Shown: positions 9,025-19,711 of the stretch, in pieces
How the letters are laid out: each line of letters begins with the position of its first letter
Position numbering within the stretch: position 1 is the first letter of the stretch
NCBI GenBank assembly: GCA_046261835.1
Contig: JBHEOA010000176.1
Span: forward strand, 8,588-72,587
Length of the DNA: 64,000 nucleotides
Origin: Gemmatimonadota bacterium
GTDB lineage: Bacteria; Gemmatimonadota; Gemmatimonadetes; JACCXV01; JAHWKZ01
Direction: 5' to 3'
Translations under genes and position numbers: made by a program
Notes under the pieces: model-generated
What the model was told of the DNA's origin: nothing
Seen by the model: the letters and a program-made list of their open reading frames with translations, nothing else
Database searches by the model: none

Positions 9025-12000
9025 ATGTTGTCCCGCGACTTGAGACTCCCTCACCTTCGCTCTCTCGGCTGGAGCGCGGCCGCCTGGGTTTTCTTCTGTC
9101 CGCCGGCTGCGGCCCAGGTGGCTCCCGACCACGCCTGGCGGACGGTCGAGACCGCTCACGTCCGCGTCACGTATCCCGCCCCCCGCGATTCGCTGGGAGA
9201 GCGAACTGCGCGCGCGGCCGAGCGGGCGTGGGAGGGATTGGCCCGGCTGGCGCCGCCGCCGGGGGGGCGGGTCGAGGTCGTCCTATCCGACGACGTGGAC
9301 GTCGCCAACGCATTCGCCTCGGTTTCCCCCTATCCCTGGATCGTGGTCTACGTCCACCCCCCCTATGACAACCTCGACCTGGCCGAATACTCCGATTGGC
9401 TCGAGGTCGTCCTGGCCCACGAGATGGCCCACATCGTCCACCTCGACCAGGCGCGCGGGCTCGGCCGCTTCCTGCGGCAGATCTTCGGTCGAATCCCGGC
9501 CGCGGGTTGGCCGCTGTTCCCGCACGTCACCACACCGACCTGGACGATCGAGGGGCTGGCGGTCCGGTACGAGACCGCGCTGACGGGAAGCGGCCGGCTC
9601 GCGGGGACGGTCACGGAGATGATCGTCCGGGCCGCGGCGGTCGAGGACGAGATCCCCGATCTCGGGTTCGTGACCGGCGATCCCGCGGTGTGGCCGGCCG
9701 GGAACACGCGCTACGCCTTCGGCGGCGAGTTCCTCGGCTGGCTGGCCGCGCGGCACGGCGACGAAGCGTTCGAGCAGTACGTCCGGGAGCTCGCGGGCGA
9801 CCCGCTCCCGTTCCGCGTCGATCGCGCCGCCGAGCGCGCATTCGGCGTCACGTTCTCGGATGCGTGGGAGGCGTGGCGGGTCGAGGCGACCGCGCGCAAT
9901 CGAGCGGCGGCCGACTCGCTGGCGCGCGTCGCTCCGCTCACCCGTGCCGAGCGGCTCATGAACCACGCATACTGGGCGCTCTGGCCGCGCTGGTCCCCCG
10001 ACGGCGCGACGATCGCCTACGCCGCGTACGACGGCCGCCGCGACGTCCACCTGGCGCGGATCGACGCCGGGTCGGGCGCGGAGATCGGCTCGACCCGCGT
10101 ACCGGGTCTGGGGGTGCCCTCGTGGCGATCCGACGGATCGCTGGTCGTGGGCGGCTTCCAGTGGCAGGGGCCCTATCGCCGGTGGGACGACCTTTGGGTC
10201 ATCCCCGGCGAGGGGCCGGCGCGACCGCTGACCGACGCGGCGCGCCTCTCCCATCCCGATGTCGGCCCCGGCGGGGCGATCGTGGCGGTCCAGACGGAGG
10301 CCGGCACCAATCGGCTGGTCGTGCTGGAGCCCGGGAACGGCGAGCCACGGGCGGTCACGGCGCTCGATGCCGGCGTTCACTGGGCATGGCCGCGCTGGTC
10401 TCCCGACGGATCGCGAATCGCGGTCTCGCGGTGGCGCGGCAGGGGCTTCGACGTCGTGGTTCTCGACCCCGCCGGCGGGCTGGAACGCGAAATCGCGGCC
10501 GACGGAGCGCTGAACCTCGCCCCTGCCTGGTCCCCCGACGGCGGGTGGCTCGTCTTCGGATCCGACCGGACCGGGATCGCCAACCTCTACGCCTTCGATC
10601 TCGGGGGGCGCCGCGGGCTCCGCCAGGTTACCCATGTTGGCGGGGGCGCGTTCTTCCCGGACGTCTCACCCGACGGGCGCTGGATCGCCTTCGCCGGCTA
10701 TCACCACGACGGCTGGGCGATCGAGCGTGTGCCGTTCGATCCGGCGGCATGGTTCGACCCCCACCCGGCACGAGACGCGAGCATCCCACGCGCGTGGAGC
10801 GCTGCATCTACCGGGAGTCTCGCGGCGGCCCCCTCCGACGTTCTGCCATCCCGCCGCAAGCAGGAACCGATCCACGTTTCGGTGCCGCGCCCCTACGCGC
10901 CGTGGCCCACCCTGGTGCCGCGCTACTGGCTCCCGATCGTGGAAGCCGGCGAGGAGGTGCGGGGAAGGGAGCTCCTCGGCCCCGGCGTCGGCGCGGCCAC
11001 GTCCGCCGTCGACGCGGTCGGGCGTCACGCGTACGGGGCGGCCTCCACGGTCGACGTGGAGCACGGTCGGGTCGAGGCCTTCGTCCGGTACAGGAATGCG
11101 GTGCTCGGTCGCCCGATCCTCGATCTCACGGCCGCTCAGACCTGGGAGTTCGCGGGGTTCGCCTTGCCGGCTTCGGAGGAGGAGACGGCGCAGCCGGGCG
11201 ATACCCTGTTCGCTCTCGGACGCAACCGCGAGATCGCTCTCTTTGCCACCATCCCCTTCCGTCATCCCTTTCGCTCCGCGACGCTCGCGATGGGGGCGGG
11301 GTTGCTCGAGGAGCGCCTCGTCCTGCTCGAGCCCGATCTCACGGAGAGCCGCCGGTTCCGCCTCGACGACCCCAGGGCGCTCCTTCCCGAGGCGTTTGGT
11401 TCGGGGACCTTCTCGACCGCGCGCACCTTCGCCTTCTCGATCAGCCCCGAGAACGGCATCGCGGGCTCGGCCAGGGGGGAGTGGCGCTTCGACCCGGCCG
11501 AGGAGAATCGCGCTCGCCGCGAGGCGACCGCGCAGGTCGCGGTCTACCGGGCGCTCGGGCGACCGTGGGGGTTCGCGCGCACGGTGGCGGCCCTCCGCGC
11601 GAGCGGCGGAGTGGTGCGGGGGCTCGGTGCGGGCGATGGCCACTTCGCGCTCGGCGGAGCGAGCGGCGAAGGGCTTGGGGTCGCAGGGTTGACCGGCCTG
11701 GGCGCGCAACGGTTCCTGCTCCCGGTGCGTGGGTACGTCCGCGGCGAGCGGCGCGGCCGTACGGCGTGGTCGGCGAGCGCCGAGATCCGCTTTCCGCTCG
11801 CGCTGCTCCAGAAGGGATGGGGGCTCCGGCCGCTCTTCCTCGACCGGCTGGCGGGGACGGTCTTCGTCGACGCCGGCGATGCCTGGGATCCGTGCCGCCC
11901 CGGCGCGGAGTGCACCGCGTCGCTGGAGCCTCTCGTGTCGAGCGGCGTGGAGCTGCTCCTCGATGTGACCGTCTTCTACCGGCTGCCTCTCACGCTGCGG

Positions 12001-12072
12001 TTCGGCGTCGCACGGACCCTCGTCGATCCGGTCGGCACCACGGCCTACCTGCGCCTGGGCCGCTCGTTCTAG
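9025..12072 (+). CDS. large outer-membrane protein: N-terminal HExxH (gluzincin-like) domain, multiple PD40/TolB-like beta-propeller repeats, Omp85/BamA-like C-terminal barrel (paralog A)
   Basis: ATG at 9025 with a signal peptide. HEMAH motif followed by downstream EG. Repeated WSPDG...IA(FY) PD40 motifs. The C-terminus (...FVDAGDAWD...LRFGVARTL...YLRLGRSF) ends in Phe, as in Omp85 barrels. The 8788 upstream extension is Arg-rich junk. Confidence 0.75.
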   Translation: MLSRDLRLPHLRSLGWSAAAWVFFCPPAAAQVAPDHAWRTVETAHVRVTYPAPRDSLGERTARAAERAWEGLARLAPPPGGRVEVVLSDDVDVANAFASVSPYPWIVVYVHPPYDNLDLAEYSDWLEVVLAHEMAHIVHLDQARGLGRFLRQIFGRIPAAGWPLFPHVTTPTWTIEGLAVRYETALTGSGRLAGTVTEMIVRAAAVEDEIPDLGFVTGDPAVWPAGNTRYAFGGEFLGWLAARHGDEAFEQYVRELAGDPLPFRVDRAAERAFGVTFSDAWEAWRVEATARNRAAADSLARVAPLTRAERLMNHAYWALWPRWSPDGATIAYAAYDGRRDVHLARIDAGSGAEIGSTRVPGLGVPSWRSDGSLVVGGFQWQGPYRRWDDLWVIPGEGPARPLTDAARLSHPDVGPGGAIVAVQTEAGTNRLVVLEPGNGEPRAVTALDAGVHWAWPRWSPDGSRIAVSRWRGRGFDVVVLDPAGGLEREIAADGALNLAPAWSPDGGWLVFGSDRTGIANLYAFDLGGRRGLRQVTHVGGGAFFPDVSPDGRWIAFAGYHHDGWAIERVPFDPAAWFDPHPARDASIPRAWSAASTGSLAAAPSDVLPSRRKQEPIHVSVPRPYAPWPTLVPRYWLPIVEAGEEVRGRELLGPGVGAATSAVDAVGRHAYGAASTVDVEHGRVEAFVRYRNAVLGRPILDLTAAQTWEFAGFALPASEEETAQPGDTLFALGRNREIALFATIPFRHPFRSATLAMGAGLLEERLVLLEPDLTESRRFRLDDPRALLPEAFGSGTFSTARTFAFSISPENGIAGSARGEWRFDPAEENRARREATAQVAVYRALGRPWGFARTVAALRASGGVVRGLGAGDGHFALGGASGEGLGVAGLTGLGAQRFLLPVRGYVRGERRGRTAWSASAEIRFPLALLQKGWGLRPLFLDRLAGTVFVDAGDAWDPCRPGAECTASLEPLVSSGVELLLDVTVFYRLPLTLRFGVARTLVDPVGTTAYLRLGRSF

Positions 12073-12112
12073 GGCGCTCCGGCACGAGCCCAGGGCCAGA
12101 AGACTTGACGGC

Positions 12113-12140
12113 AGGTTCCATTCTGGTGCAAAATGGAAAC
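12113..12140. promoter_or_regulatory. inverted repeat (GGTTCCATT-N9-AATGGAAACC), putative VapB operator overlapping the vapBC promoter
   Basis: Near-perfect palindrome 4 nt upstream of the vapB ATG. TTGACG (-35-like) lies at 12104-12109. Type II antitoxins typically autoregulate through such palindromes. Confidence 0.3.
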
Positions 12141-12143
12141 CAT

Positions 12144-12386
12144 ATGCTGTCCCTGACGATCAAGAACGTCCCCCGCGAGGTCTACCGCCGGCTCAAAGAA
12201 CTAGCGGCCGCCAATCGGCGCAGCCTGAACAGCGAGGTGATCGTACGCCTCGAGCAATCGCTGGGCATCAGGAACCTCGATCCCGATGATTTCCTTCGTG
12301 AAGTCGACGAGCTCCGTGAGAGCCTGAACGTCACGCCGGTCGACGACGAAGCCCTTCGGACGATGAAGGCCGGGGGACGACCCTGA
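12144..12386 (+). CDS. vapB: VapB-type antitoxin (Arc/CopG/RHH-like, plasmid-stability StbC-like)
   Basis: 80 aa with N-terminus MLSLTIKNVPREVYRRLKELAAANRRSLNSEVIVRLE, typical of RHH antitoxins. Immediately upstream of the PIN-domain gene. Confidence 0.8.
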   Translation: MLSLTIKNVPREVYRRLKELAAANRRSLNSEVIVRLEQSLGIRNLDPDDFLREVDELRESLNVTPVDDEALRTMKAGGRP

Positions 12387-12796
12387 TCGCGACCGACACC
12401 AATGTCGTCGCCGCCTTGTTCCTCTCCGGGCCGCGAACGTCACAGGCACGGATCGCCTTTCGCAAGGACAATGAATGGATCGCGCCTCATCTCTGGCGGA
12501 GCGAGTTCCGCAACATCCTCGTGAGCTACATGCGCCGTAGGGAACTGAGCACCGTACAGGCGCTCAGGCTGGCGACGACGGCGGAGCGATTGTTCGAAAG
12601 GCGGGAGATGCCGGTGCGCTCCGAGCGCGTCCTCGACCTGGCGGCCGAGTCGGGATGCACGGCCTACGACTGCGAGTTCATTGCCGTGGCACAGGATGCC
12701 GGAACTCTCCTCGTCACCGACGATTTTCAGTTGCTTTTGGCGTTTCCAGGTGTCGCGATTTCGCTGGCCGCTTTCGTGGGGGACGAGTCGACGTAG
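12383..12796 (+). CDS. vapC: VapC PIN-domain toxin (probable CTG start overlapping the vapB stop)
   Basis: PIN-domain N-terminus (L/M)IATDTNVV... includes the catalytic Asp. The first in-frame ATG/GTG/TTG (TTG at 12416) lies downstream of that Asp. CTG at 12383 overlaps the vapB TGA (CTGA). Confidence 0.75.
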   Translation: MIATDTNVVAALFLSGPRTSQARIAFRKDNEWIAPHLWRSEFRNILVSYMRRRELSTVQALRLATTAERLFERREMPVRSERVLDLAAESGCTAYDCEFIAVAQDAGTLLVTDDFQLLLAFPGVAISLAAFVGDEST

Positions 12797-12832
12797 GAGC
12801 GCGTCTTTTCGAGGGCTCGGCCGATCAGCGAG

Positions 12833-14227
12833 TTAGCGCGGTGCCGGAGCGGGGAAGACGACCACGCTTTCGTGCCCGTCCTTGTCGACCGATGCGACGC
12901 CGAAGAACCAGTTGTCAACGACCAGGTTCTCCACCACCGCTTCGGTCGCCTTCCCCACCCATCGCCAGTGGTTCCAGGTCGGGGAGTCGGTGCGGCGCCA
13001 GTACACCTTGTAACCGGCGAGGGCGGGATCGGAGACCGGCGCCCAGGAGAGCCGCGCCGAGGGCTCGACCGCTCCCGCGATCATCACCGAATCGGGTGGG
13101 GCCGGGGCCCATGCCAGCGAGGCAAGCGTCGCGACGTTGAGCGCCGTCACCGCCGCCGCGTAGTCGAACTCGACTTCGTCCGGAACGTCGCCGTACTCGA
13201 CCCCGTCCTCGACCCGGAGGTCCTGGTGCTGGCGCCGCCAGTCCTCGTGAGCCTCGGTCAACCGGACCGCCGGAAAGCCCAGGTCGTTGAACGGACGATG
13301 ATCGCCTCCACGCCCGAAACGATCGAGGCGGTAGATCATCATGACGTCCAGGTTGGAGAAATACCGTTCCGCGATCCGGTCGACATAGCGCGCGAGCTGA
13401 CGGGAAGGTCCGTCGACCTCGCCGCCGTAGAACCGCAACTGACGCAGGTTGTCCGGTGTGGTCGTGGCCGGCGGGCTCTCCGAAAAGACGCGGACGGTGG
13501 TCCCGTCGACGACGCCGTCCTGGCCCTGGATGTTGCCGATGATGTCGTTGTTGAAGACGCCTTCGATGCGCCAGCCTTCCTGATGGGCGACCTCGGCCAG
13601 GTGCTGACCGCCGTAGAGGCCCTGCTCCTCACCGGCCAGGGCGGCGAAGACGATCGAGGCTCCGTAAGGACGTCCCGCGGAGGTCAGAACGCGCGCCGCC
13701 TCGAGCACGGCGGCGGTGCCGCTGGCATCGTCGTTGGCGCCCGGGGCGTCGCTGGTCGCGTCCAGAGCATCGGTGGCGCGCGAATCGTAATGGCCGCTGA
13801 TGACGAGCACGCGTTCGGGGTCGCGGGACCCGCGCAGCGTGGCGACGACGTTGACGACCCACGTGGGCCGCGGGATCCGCGCGCCGCTGTCGACGAGCGA
13901 GCGATGGTATTCAACTTCGAGGCAGCCGCCGCACGCCGCTGAGACGCGATCGAGCTCGGCCTTGATCCAGCGACGGGCCGCGCCGATGCCCCGCGTTTCG
14001 CTCGTCGTGTCGCTCAACGTGTGGCGCGTGCCGAACGCGGCGAGCGTCCGGATGTCGTGTTCGATTCGCGCCGCCGAGACAGAGTCGATGATCGCGCTCA
14101 GCCGCTCGTCACTCAGCGGCGGCACCGTCTCTTGGGCGGACGCCAGCGGCGGCAGGACGAGGCACGCGGCCGCGGCGATCGCCGCTGCCTCCGGGAAGAC
14201 GAAGTAGACGATGCGCCCCAATGACAT
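12833..14227 (-). CDS. M28-family zinc aminopeptidase with C-terminal fibronectin type III-like domain, secreted
   Basis: Signal peptide present. Motifs HYDS, DDASG, GEEQGLYG and DH are typical of M28 peptidases. The C-terminus (...YKVYWRRTDS...) is FN3-like. Confidence 0.85.
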   Translation of the reverse strand: MSLGRIVYFVFPEAAAIAAAACLVLPPLASAQETVPPLSDERLSAIIDSVSAARIEHDIRTLAAFGTRHTLSDTTSETRGIGAARRWIKAELDRVSAACGGCLEVEYHRSLVDSGARIPRPTWVVNVVATLRGSRDPERVLVISGHYDSRATDALDATSDAPGANDDASGTAAVLEAARVLTSAGRPYGASIVFAALAGEEQGLYGGQHLAEVAHQEGWRIEGVFNNDIIGNIQGQDGVVDGTTVRVFSESPPATTTPDNLRQLRFYGGEVDGPSRQLARYVDRIAERYFSNLDVMMIYRLDRFGRGGDHRPFNDLGFPAVRLTEAHEDWRRQHQDLRVEDGVEYGDVPDEVEFDYAAAVTALNVATLASLAWAPAPPDSVMIAGAVEPSARLSWAPVSDPALAGYKVYWRRTDSPTWNHWRWVGKATEAVVENLVVDNWFFGVASVDKDGHESVVVFPAPAPR

Positions 14228-14289
14228 ACGACGCTAGGGAGTGTAATGTGGGATCCTCTTTTCTCGCCACGTCCTCAGGAGATCCAGCC

Positions 14290-15609
14290 ATGCGCCGCTT
14301 CGCGCTTCGATTCTTCTCGATCCTGGTCGTCCAGCTCATGGCGGATGGCGTCCCGTGGCACGTGACGCAGGCTCGCGCCCAGGAACCGGCCGAATTCGTT
14401 GGGGAAAGCGAGCTGGTCGTCGTGCGCGCCGCGCGGATGCTCGACGTTGTCTCGGGCGAGATCGTGCCGAACGCGGTCGTCGTGGTGGAAGGAGGCGAGA
14501 TCCGCGAGGTGCATCCCGAAGCGGCGCCGTCCCGCGCGCGGACGATCGACCTCGGTGACCTGACCCTCCTTCCCGGTCTGATCGACGCACATACCCATCT
14601 CGCATACGACCTCGAGGGGGACTGGTCGCATCGCGAGGTGACCGAGGCCACCGCGGAAGGAACGGTGCGTGCTGTGCGGAACGCGCGGCGGACCCTCGAG
14701 GCCGGATTCACGACCGTTCGCGACGTCGGCGCGAGCCCGGGGTTCGTCGACGTGGCCATCATGCGTGGCGTCGAGCGCGGCTGGATCGTGGGACCGCGGG
14801 TCGTCCCGGCGGGCCACAGCCTGGGGATCACCGGCGGGCATTGCGACGCGACCGGCTACATCCCCGGCGTCCTCGAGCTGGGTCCCGAGCAGGGCGTCGC
14901 CGACGGCGTGGACGAGGTCATCCGCGCGGTGCGTTACCAGATCAAGCACGGAGCGCGCGTAATCAAGGTGTGCGCCACCGCCGGCGTCTTGTCCTTCGAG
15001 GAATCGGTCGGAGCCCAGCAGTACACCGAGGACGAGCTGCGCGCCGCGGTCGAGGAAGCCGCGCGCCACGGCATGAAAGTGGCCGCCCACGCCCACGGCA
15101 CGGAGGGGATCAAGGCGGCGATCCGCGCGGGGGTGGCCTCGATCGAGCACGGCTCGCTGATCGACGACGAGGCGGTTGCGATGATGAAGGAGCGCGACGT
15201 CTACCTCGTGCCGACGACTTACCTCGCCGACGCTATCGACCTCGACCTGCTGCCGCCGCCGATCCGCGCCAAGGCGGAGTGGGTTCTGCCACGCGCCAAG
15301 GAGAATCTGCGGCGCGCGATCCGGGCCGGTGTCCCGATCGCGTTCGGGACTGACGCCGCGGTATTCCCCCACGGCGAGAACGCGAAGGAGTTCGCCGCGC
15401 TGGTCGAGCGTGGAATGGCGCCGCTCGAGGCGATCCGCTCGGCGACGATCCACGCCGCCGACCTCCTGGGTGTCGACGATCGCGGCGTGATCGCCGCCGG
15501 CAAACTCGCCGACCTGATCGCCGTGCCTGGAAACCCGCTCCAGGACGTCCACGCACTCGAGAACGTGCGGTTCGTGATGCTGGGAGGCGACGTAGTCAAG
15601 GAGCCTTAA
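14290..15609 (+). CDS. amidohydrolase-family metal-dependent hydrolase (imidazolonepropionase/Xaa-Pro dipeptidase-like), secreted
   Basis: ATG at 14290 with a signal peptide. DAHTHL and HxH...H...D metal-ligand pattern. About 440 aa. Confidence 0.8.
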   Translation: MRRFALRFFSILVVQLMADGVPWHVTQARAQEPAEFVGESELVVVRAARMLDVVSGEIVPNAVVVVEGGEIREVHPEAAPSRARTIDLGDLTLLPGLIDAHTHLAYDLEGDWSHREVTEATAEGTVRAVRNARRTLEAGFTTVRDVGASPGFVDVAIMRGVERGWIVGPRVVPAGHSLGITGGHCDATGYIPGVLELGPEQGVADGVDEVIRAVRYQIKHGARVIKVCATAGVLSFEESVGAQQYTEDELRAAVEEAARHGMKVAAHAHGTEGIKAAIRAGVASIEHGSLIDDEAVAMMKERDVYLVPTTYLADAIDLDLLPPPIRAKAEWVLPRAKENLRRAIRAGVPIAFGTDAAVFPHGENAKEFAALVERGMAPLEAIRSATIHAADLLGVDDRGVIAAGKLADLIAVPGNPLQDVHALENVRFVMLGGDVVKEP

Positions 15610-15638
15610 TTCGTGATCGCCCTCGGTCCCGGCGTTCG

Positions 15639-15869
15639 TCAGCTGGTTTCTCCTGCTGCCAGACCGTCCTCGATCGAGGTGAGGATGAGCTGTCGCAGGC
15701 GGGCGTTGCCCGACGGCGTGGCGAGCTCCACGCGGACCCCGGCGTCGATCTCCCGATCCACGATCGTCTGGATACGATCGGTCAACGGCTCGAGCACGGG
15801 CCGGTCGTCCAGAACGTCGAGCACGCCCTTCCACGTGGGCTCGCGCTCGGCATGCGGCAGCGCCGCCAC
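15639..15869 (-). CDS. small hypothetical protein, last gene of the amidohydrolase operon
   Basis: GTG start 19 nt after the stop of the upstream small lipoprotein gene. Non-repetitive composition. No recognisable domain. Confidence 0.3.
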   Translation of the reverse strand: MAALPHAEREPTWKGVLDVLDDRPVLEPLTDRIQTIVDREIDAGVRVELATPSGNARLRQLILTSIEDGLAAGETS

Positions 15870-15887
15870 GAGCTCTCCGCGGGCCTC

Positions 15888-16088
15888 TTAGCTCAGCTCG
15901 CGGACGGCGACCTCCGTCTCCGCGCTCACCGTTCCCCAGAATTCCACTTTGGTGCGCTCGTCGTTCGTCAACCGAGTCATGCATCCCGCGACCAGGAACA
16001 CTCCGAGTACCGCGGCGGCGGCGAGGCGTGCCGCCCTGCGAACGGCCGTGTCATCTTGGCGGCGATTCGCGTTCGTGCGCACCACCAT
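15888..16088 (-). CDS. small lipoprotein (66 aa)
   Basis: ATG lies 2 nt after the upstream amidohydrolase stop. Signal peptide with lipobox (VLGVFLVAGC). Confidence 0.35.
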   Translation of the reverse strand: MVVRTNANRRQDDTAVRRAARLAAAAVLGVFLVAGCMTRLTNDERTKVEFWGTVSAETEVAVRELS

Positions 16089-16090
16089 GA

Positions 16091-17433
16091 CTACGGCGTC
16101 CCCGCCGAGTGCGCGCCGCCCGTGTACGCCGGCGGCCGATCACCGTCGAGCGTTCGGTACCGCTCGAACAGCTCCTCCTGCCGCGACCACGGCTCGATCA
16201 CCTCGCCGCGGATTACGACCGTCTCGGCGCGCCCCGAAACCTCGAACGGGTCGTCCGACCAGACGACGAGATTGGCGACCTTGCCCGGTTCGATCGATCC
16301 GTAGCCGTCCGCCACCCCATAGATCTCGGCGGGGGTTAGGGTCACGGCGCGCAAGCCGGCGTCCCAAGGCAAGCCGTAGCGCACGGCGTTGCCCGCTTCC
16401 TGGAGGACCGAAAACGCGCGGTGGTTCTCGAAGGTTGTGAACGCGACGGGCACCCCCGCGGCATGGAGCATAGCGGCGTTGTCGAAGCGCGAACCGAGAC
16501 GCTCGAAATCCTCCGGCGCGTTGGTCAAGGGCTTGAGAATAACGGGCACGGCCGCCCGCGCGAGCTCGTCCGCCACCATCCAGGCCTCGGCCCCGCCCAT
16601 GATCACAGGGCGGATGCCGAACTCACGCGTGATCGCCAAAACCGCCAGGATGTCCCCGGCGCGATCGGCCTCGACGACGAGCGGCATACGGCCCGCCAGG
16701 ACCGGCTGGAGCGCCTCAAGATCGAGTCGCGACTGAGCCAGCTCGCGAGCATCGCCGCGATCGAACGCGGCGCGGTTGGCGGCCCAGAAGCGCGCGTCCT
16801 CGAGCACCTCGCGCAGCCGAAGCGCTGCGCCGCCCCGCGCCCCGCCGGCCATCTCGGCGGCCGACTCGTCGTAGCTCGCCCGCATCGCGGCGCGCGACTT
16901 GACGACCATCTCCGAGGGCGTATCGCCAACGAGGTCGATGACCGCTCCCTGCCCCGAGATGAGCCCGCCGCTGGGCAGCGTGGCCGCGGTCGTCACACCG
17001 AGCGATCGATTGAAGGTGACCAGCGTCGAATGCGGGTTGAGCCCGTACGTGACGTCGAACGCGGCCGTGATGGGATCTTCCTCGTCGGCGATGCGGGTAT
17101 CGATCGTGGCGTCGACTTGATCCACCTCGACGATCCCAATTCCGCTCGCGGGATCGAAGATCCCGGGTGTCACGATCTTGCCCGCGGCCTCGATCCGCTG
17201 AACGCCCTGCGGCACTGGGACGTCGGGGCCGACCGCGGCGATCCGACCATCCCGGACGAGCACGGTGGCGTTGTCGATCGCCGGTCCGGCGACGGTGTGG
17301 ACCGTGCCGCCGACGATCGCCACGTCCTGCGCTGCGACGGGTTGGACGAACGCGACGAGTGCCGGAACCATGGCGAGTGCCGGAGGGGCGGCGAGCAAGC
17401 CCAGCATTCTGACGACGTTCGGGAAGCGGCTCC

Positions 17434-17437
<4 letters not shown>
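16091..17437 (-). CDS. periplasmic amidohydrolase-family protein
   Basis: Signal peptide present, amidohydrolase-like fold, 4-nt overlap with the upstream paralog. Such amidohydrolase pairs are common. Confidence 0.8.
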
Positions 17438-18909
<1,472 letters not shown>

Positions 18910-18997
18910 CGATCCTCCTCGATGATGAGCTTGGGCGGGAACGTGCGAGGGTTCATCATAACAGTCACGCGGCAGCCGCCGCCACGCGAAGGCTGAC

Positions 18998-19711
18998 GTG
19001 CCACGCCCCCGCTCGGTCGTAGTGTTGGCGCTTGCGCTGGTGGCGATCGTCGCGGCCGCGCTACTCCTCCATGAGCCGGTTCACGCCGTGCTAAACGCCG
19101 TGCTGGAGTGGGCCGCGGGGCGCGGCCGTTGGACCGGCGTGGTCCTGGCCGCGATCTGGATCCCGGCGGCGATCCTGTTCGTCCCCGGATCGATCCTCAC
19201 TTTCGGCACGGGCTTCCTGCTGGGCCTGGGCTGGGGCACCCTTACCGTGTCGATCGGCTCGACCGCGGGGGCGGCCGCAGCGTTCGGCGTGTCGCGAATC
19301 CTGTTCCGCGAACGGGTGCGCCGGCGCCTGGGAAGCCGCCTCGCGTTCCGCGCGATCGACCGGGCGGTCGCGGACGAGGGGTTGAAGATCGTTCTGTTGC
19401 TCCGGGTCTCTCCGCTCTTTCCCTACAACGTGCTGAACTATGCGTTCGGCGCGACCGGCGTCTCCTTCCGCAGCTTCGTCCTTGGCTCGTGGCTCGGCAT
19501 GTTCCCGGGCACCCTCCTCTACGTCTACCTCGGAAGTGGCGCGCGCACCCTGGCCTACGCGGCGACGGGCAGGGTCGGGCACGATCTCTGGGGCCACGCC
19601 CTCTTCGCCCTGGGCCTCGTCGCGACCGTGGTGGCGACCTGGGTGATCACGCGCGCCGCGCGGCGAGCCCTGGCGCGGCGCGAGTCCCTGGCGGAGGTCG
19701 TCGATGACTGA
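18998..19711 (+). CDS. DedA/TVP38/TMEM64-family membrane protein
   Basis: Multi-pass membrane protein with the DedA signature region (...GFLLGLGWGT...LLLRVSPLFPYNVLNYAFG...). Confidence 0.8.
   Translation: MPRPRSVVVLALALVAIVAAALLLHEPVHAVLNAVLEWAAGRGRWTGVVLAAIWIPAAILFVPGSILTFGTGFLLGLGWGTLTVSIGSTAGAAAAFGVSRILFRERVRRRLGSRLAFRAIDRAVADEGLKIVLLLRVSPLFPYNVLNYAFGATGVSFRSFVLGSWLGMFPGTLLYVYLGSGARTLAYAATGRVGHDLWGHALFALGLVATVVATWVITRAARRALARRESLAEVVDD

Noticed and set aside
9396-12143. 996-aa alternative-frame ORF overlapping the HExxH-PD40-Omp85 gene
   Set aside because: The translation is Arg/Gly/Pro-rich junk. Only its final 80 codons (12144-12386) form a real gene (vapB).
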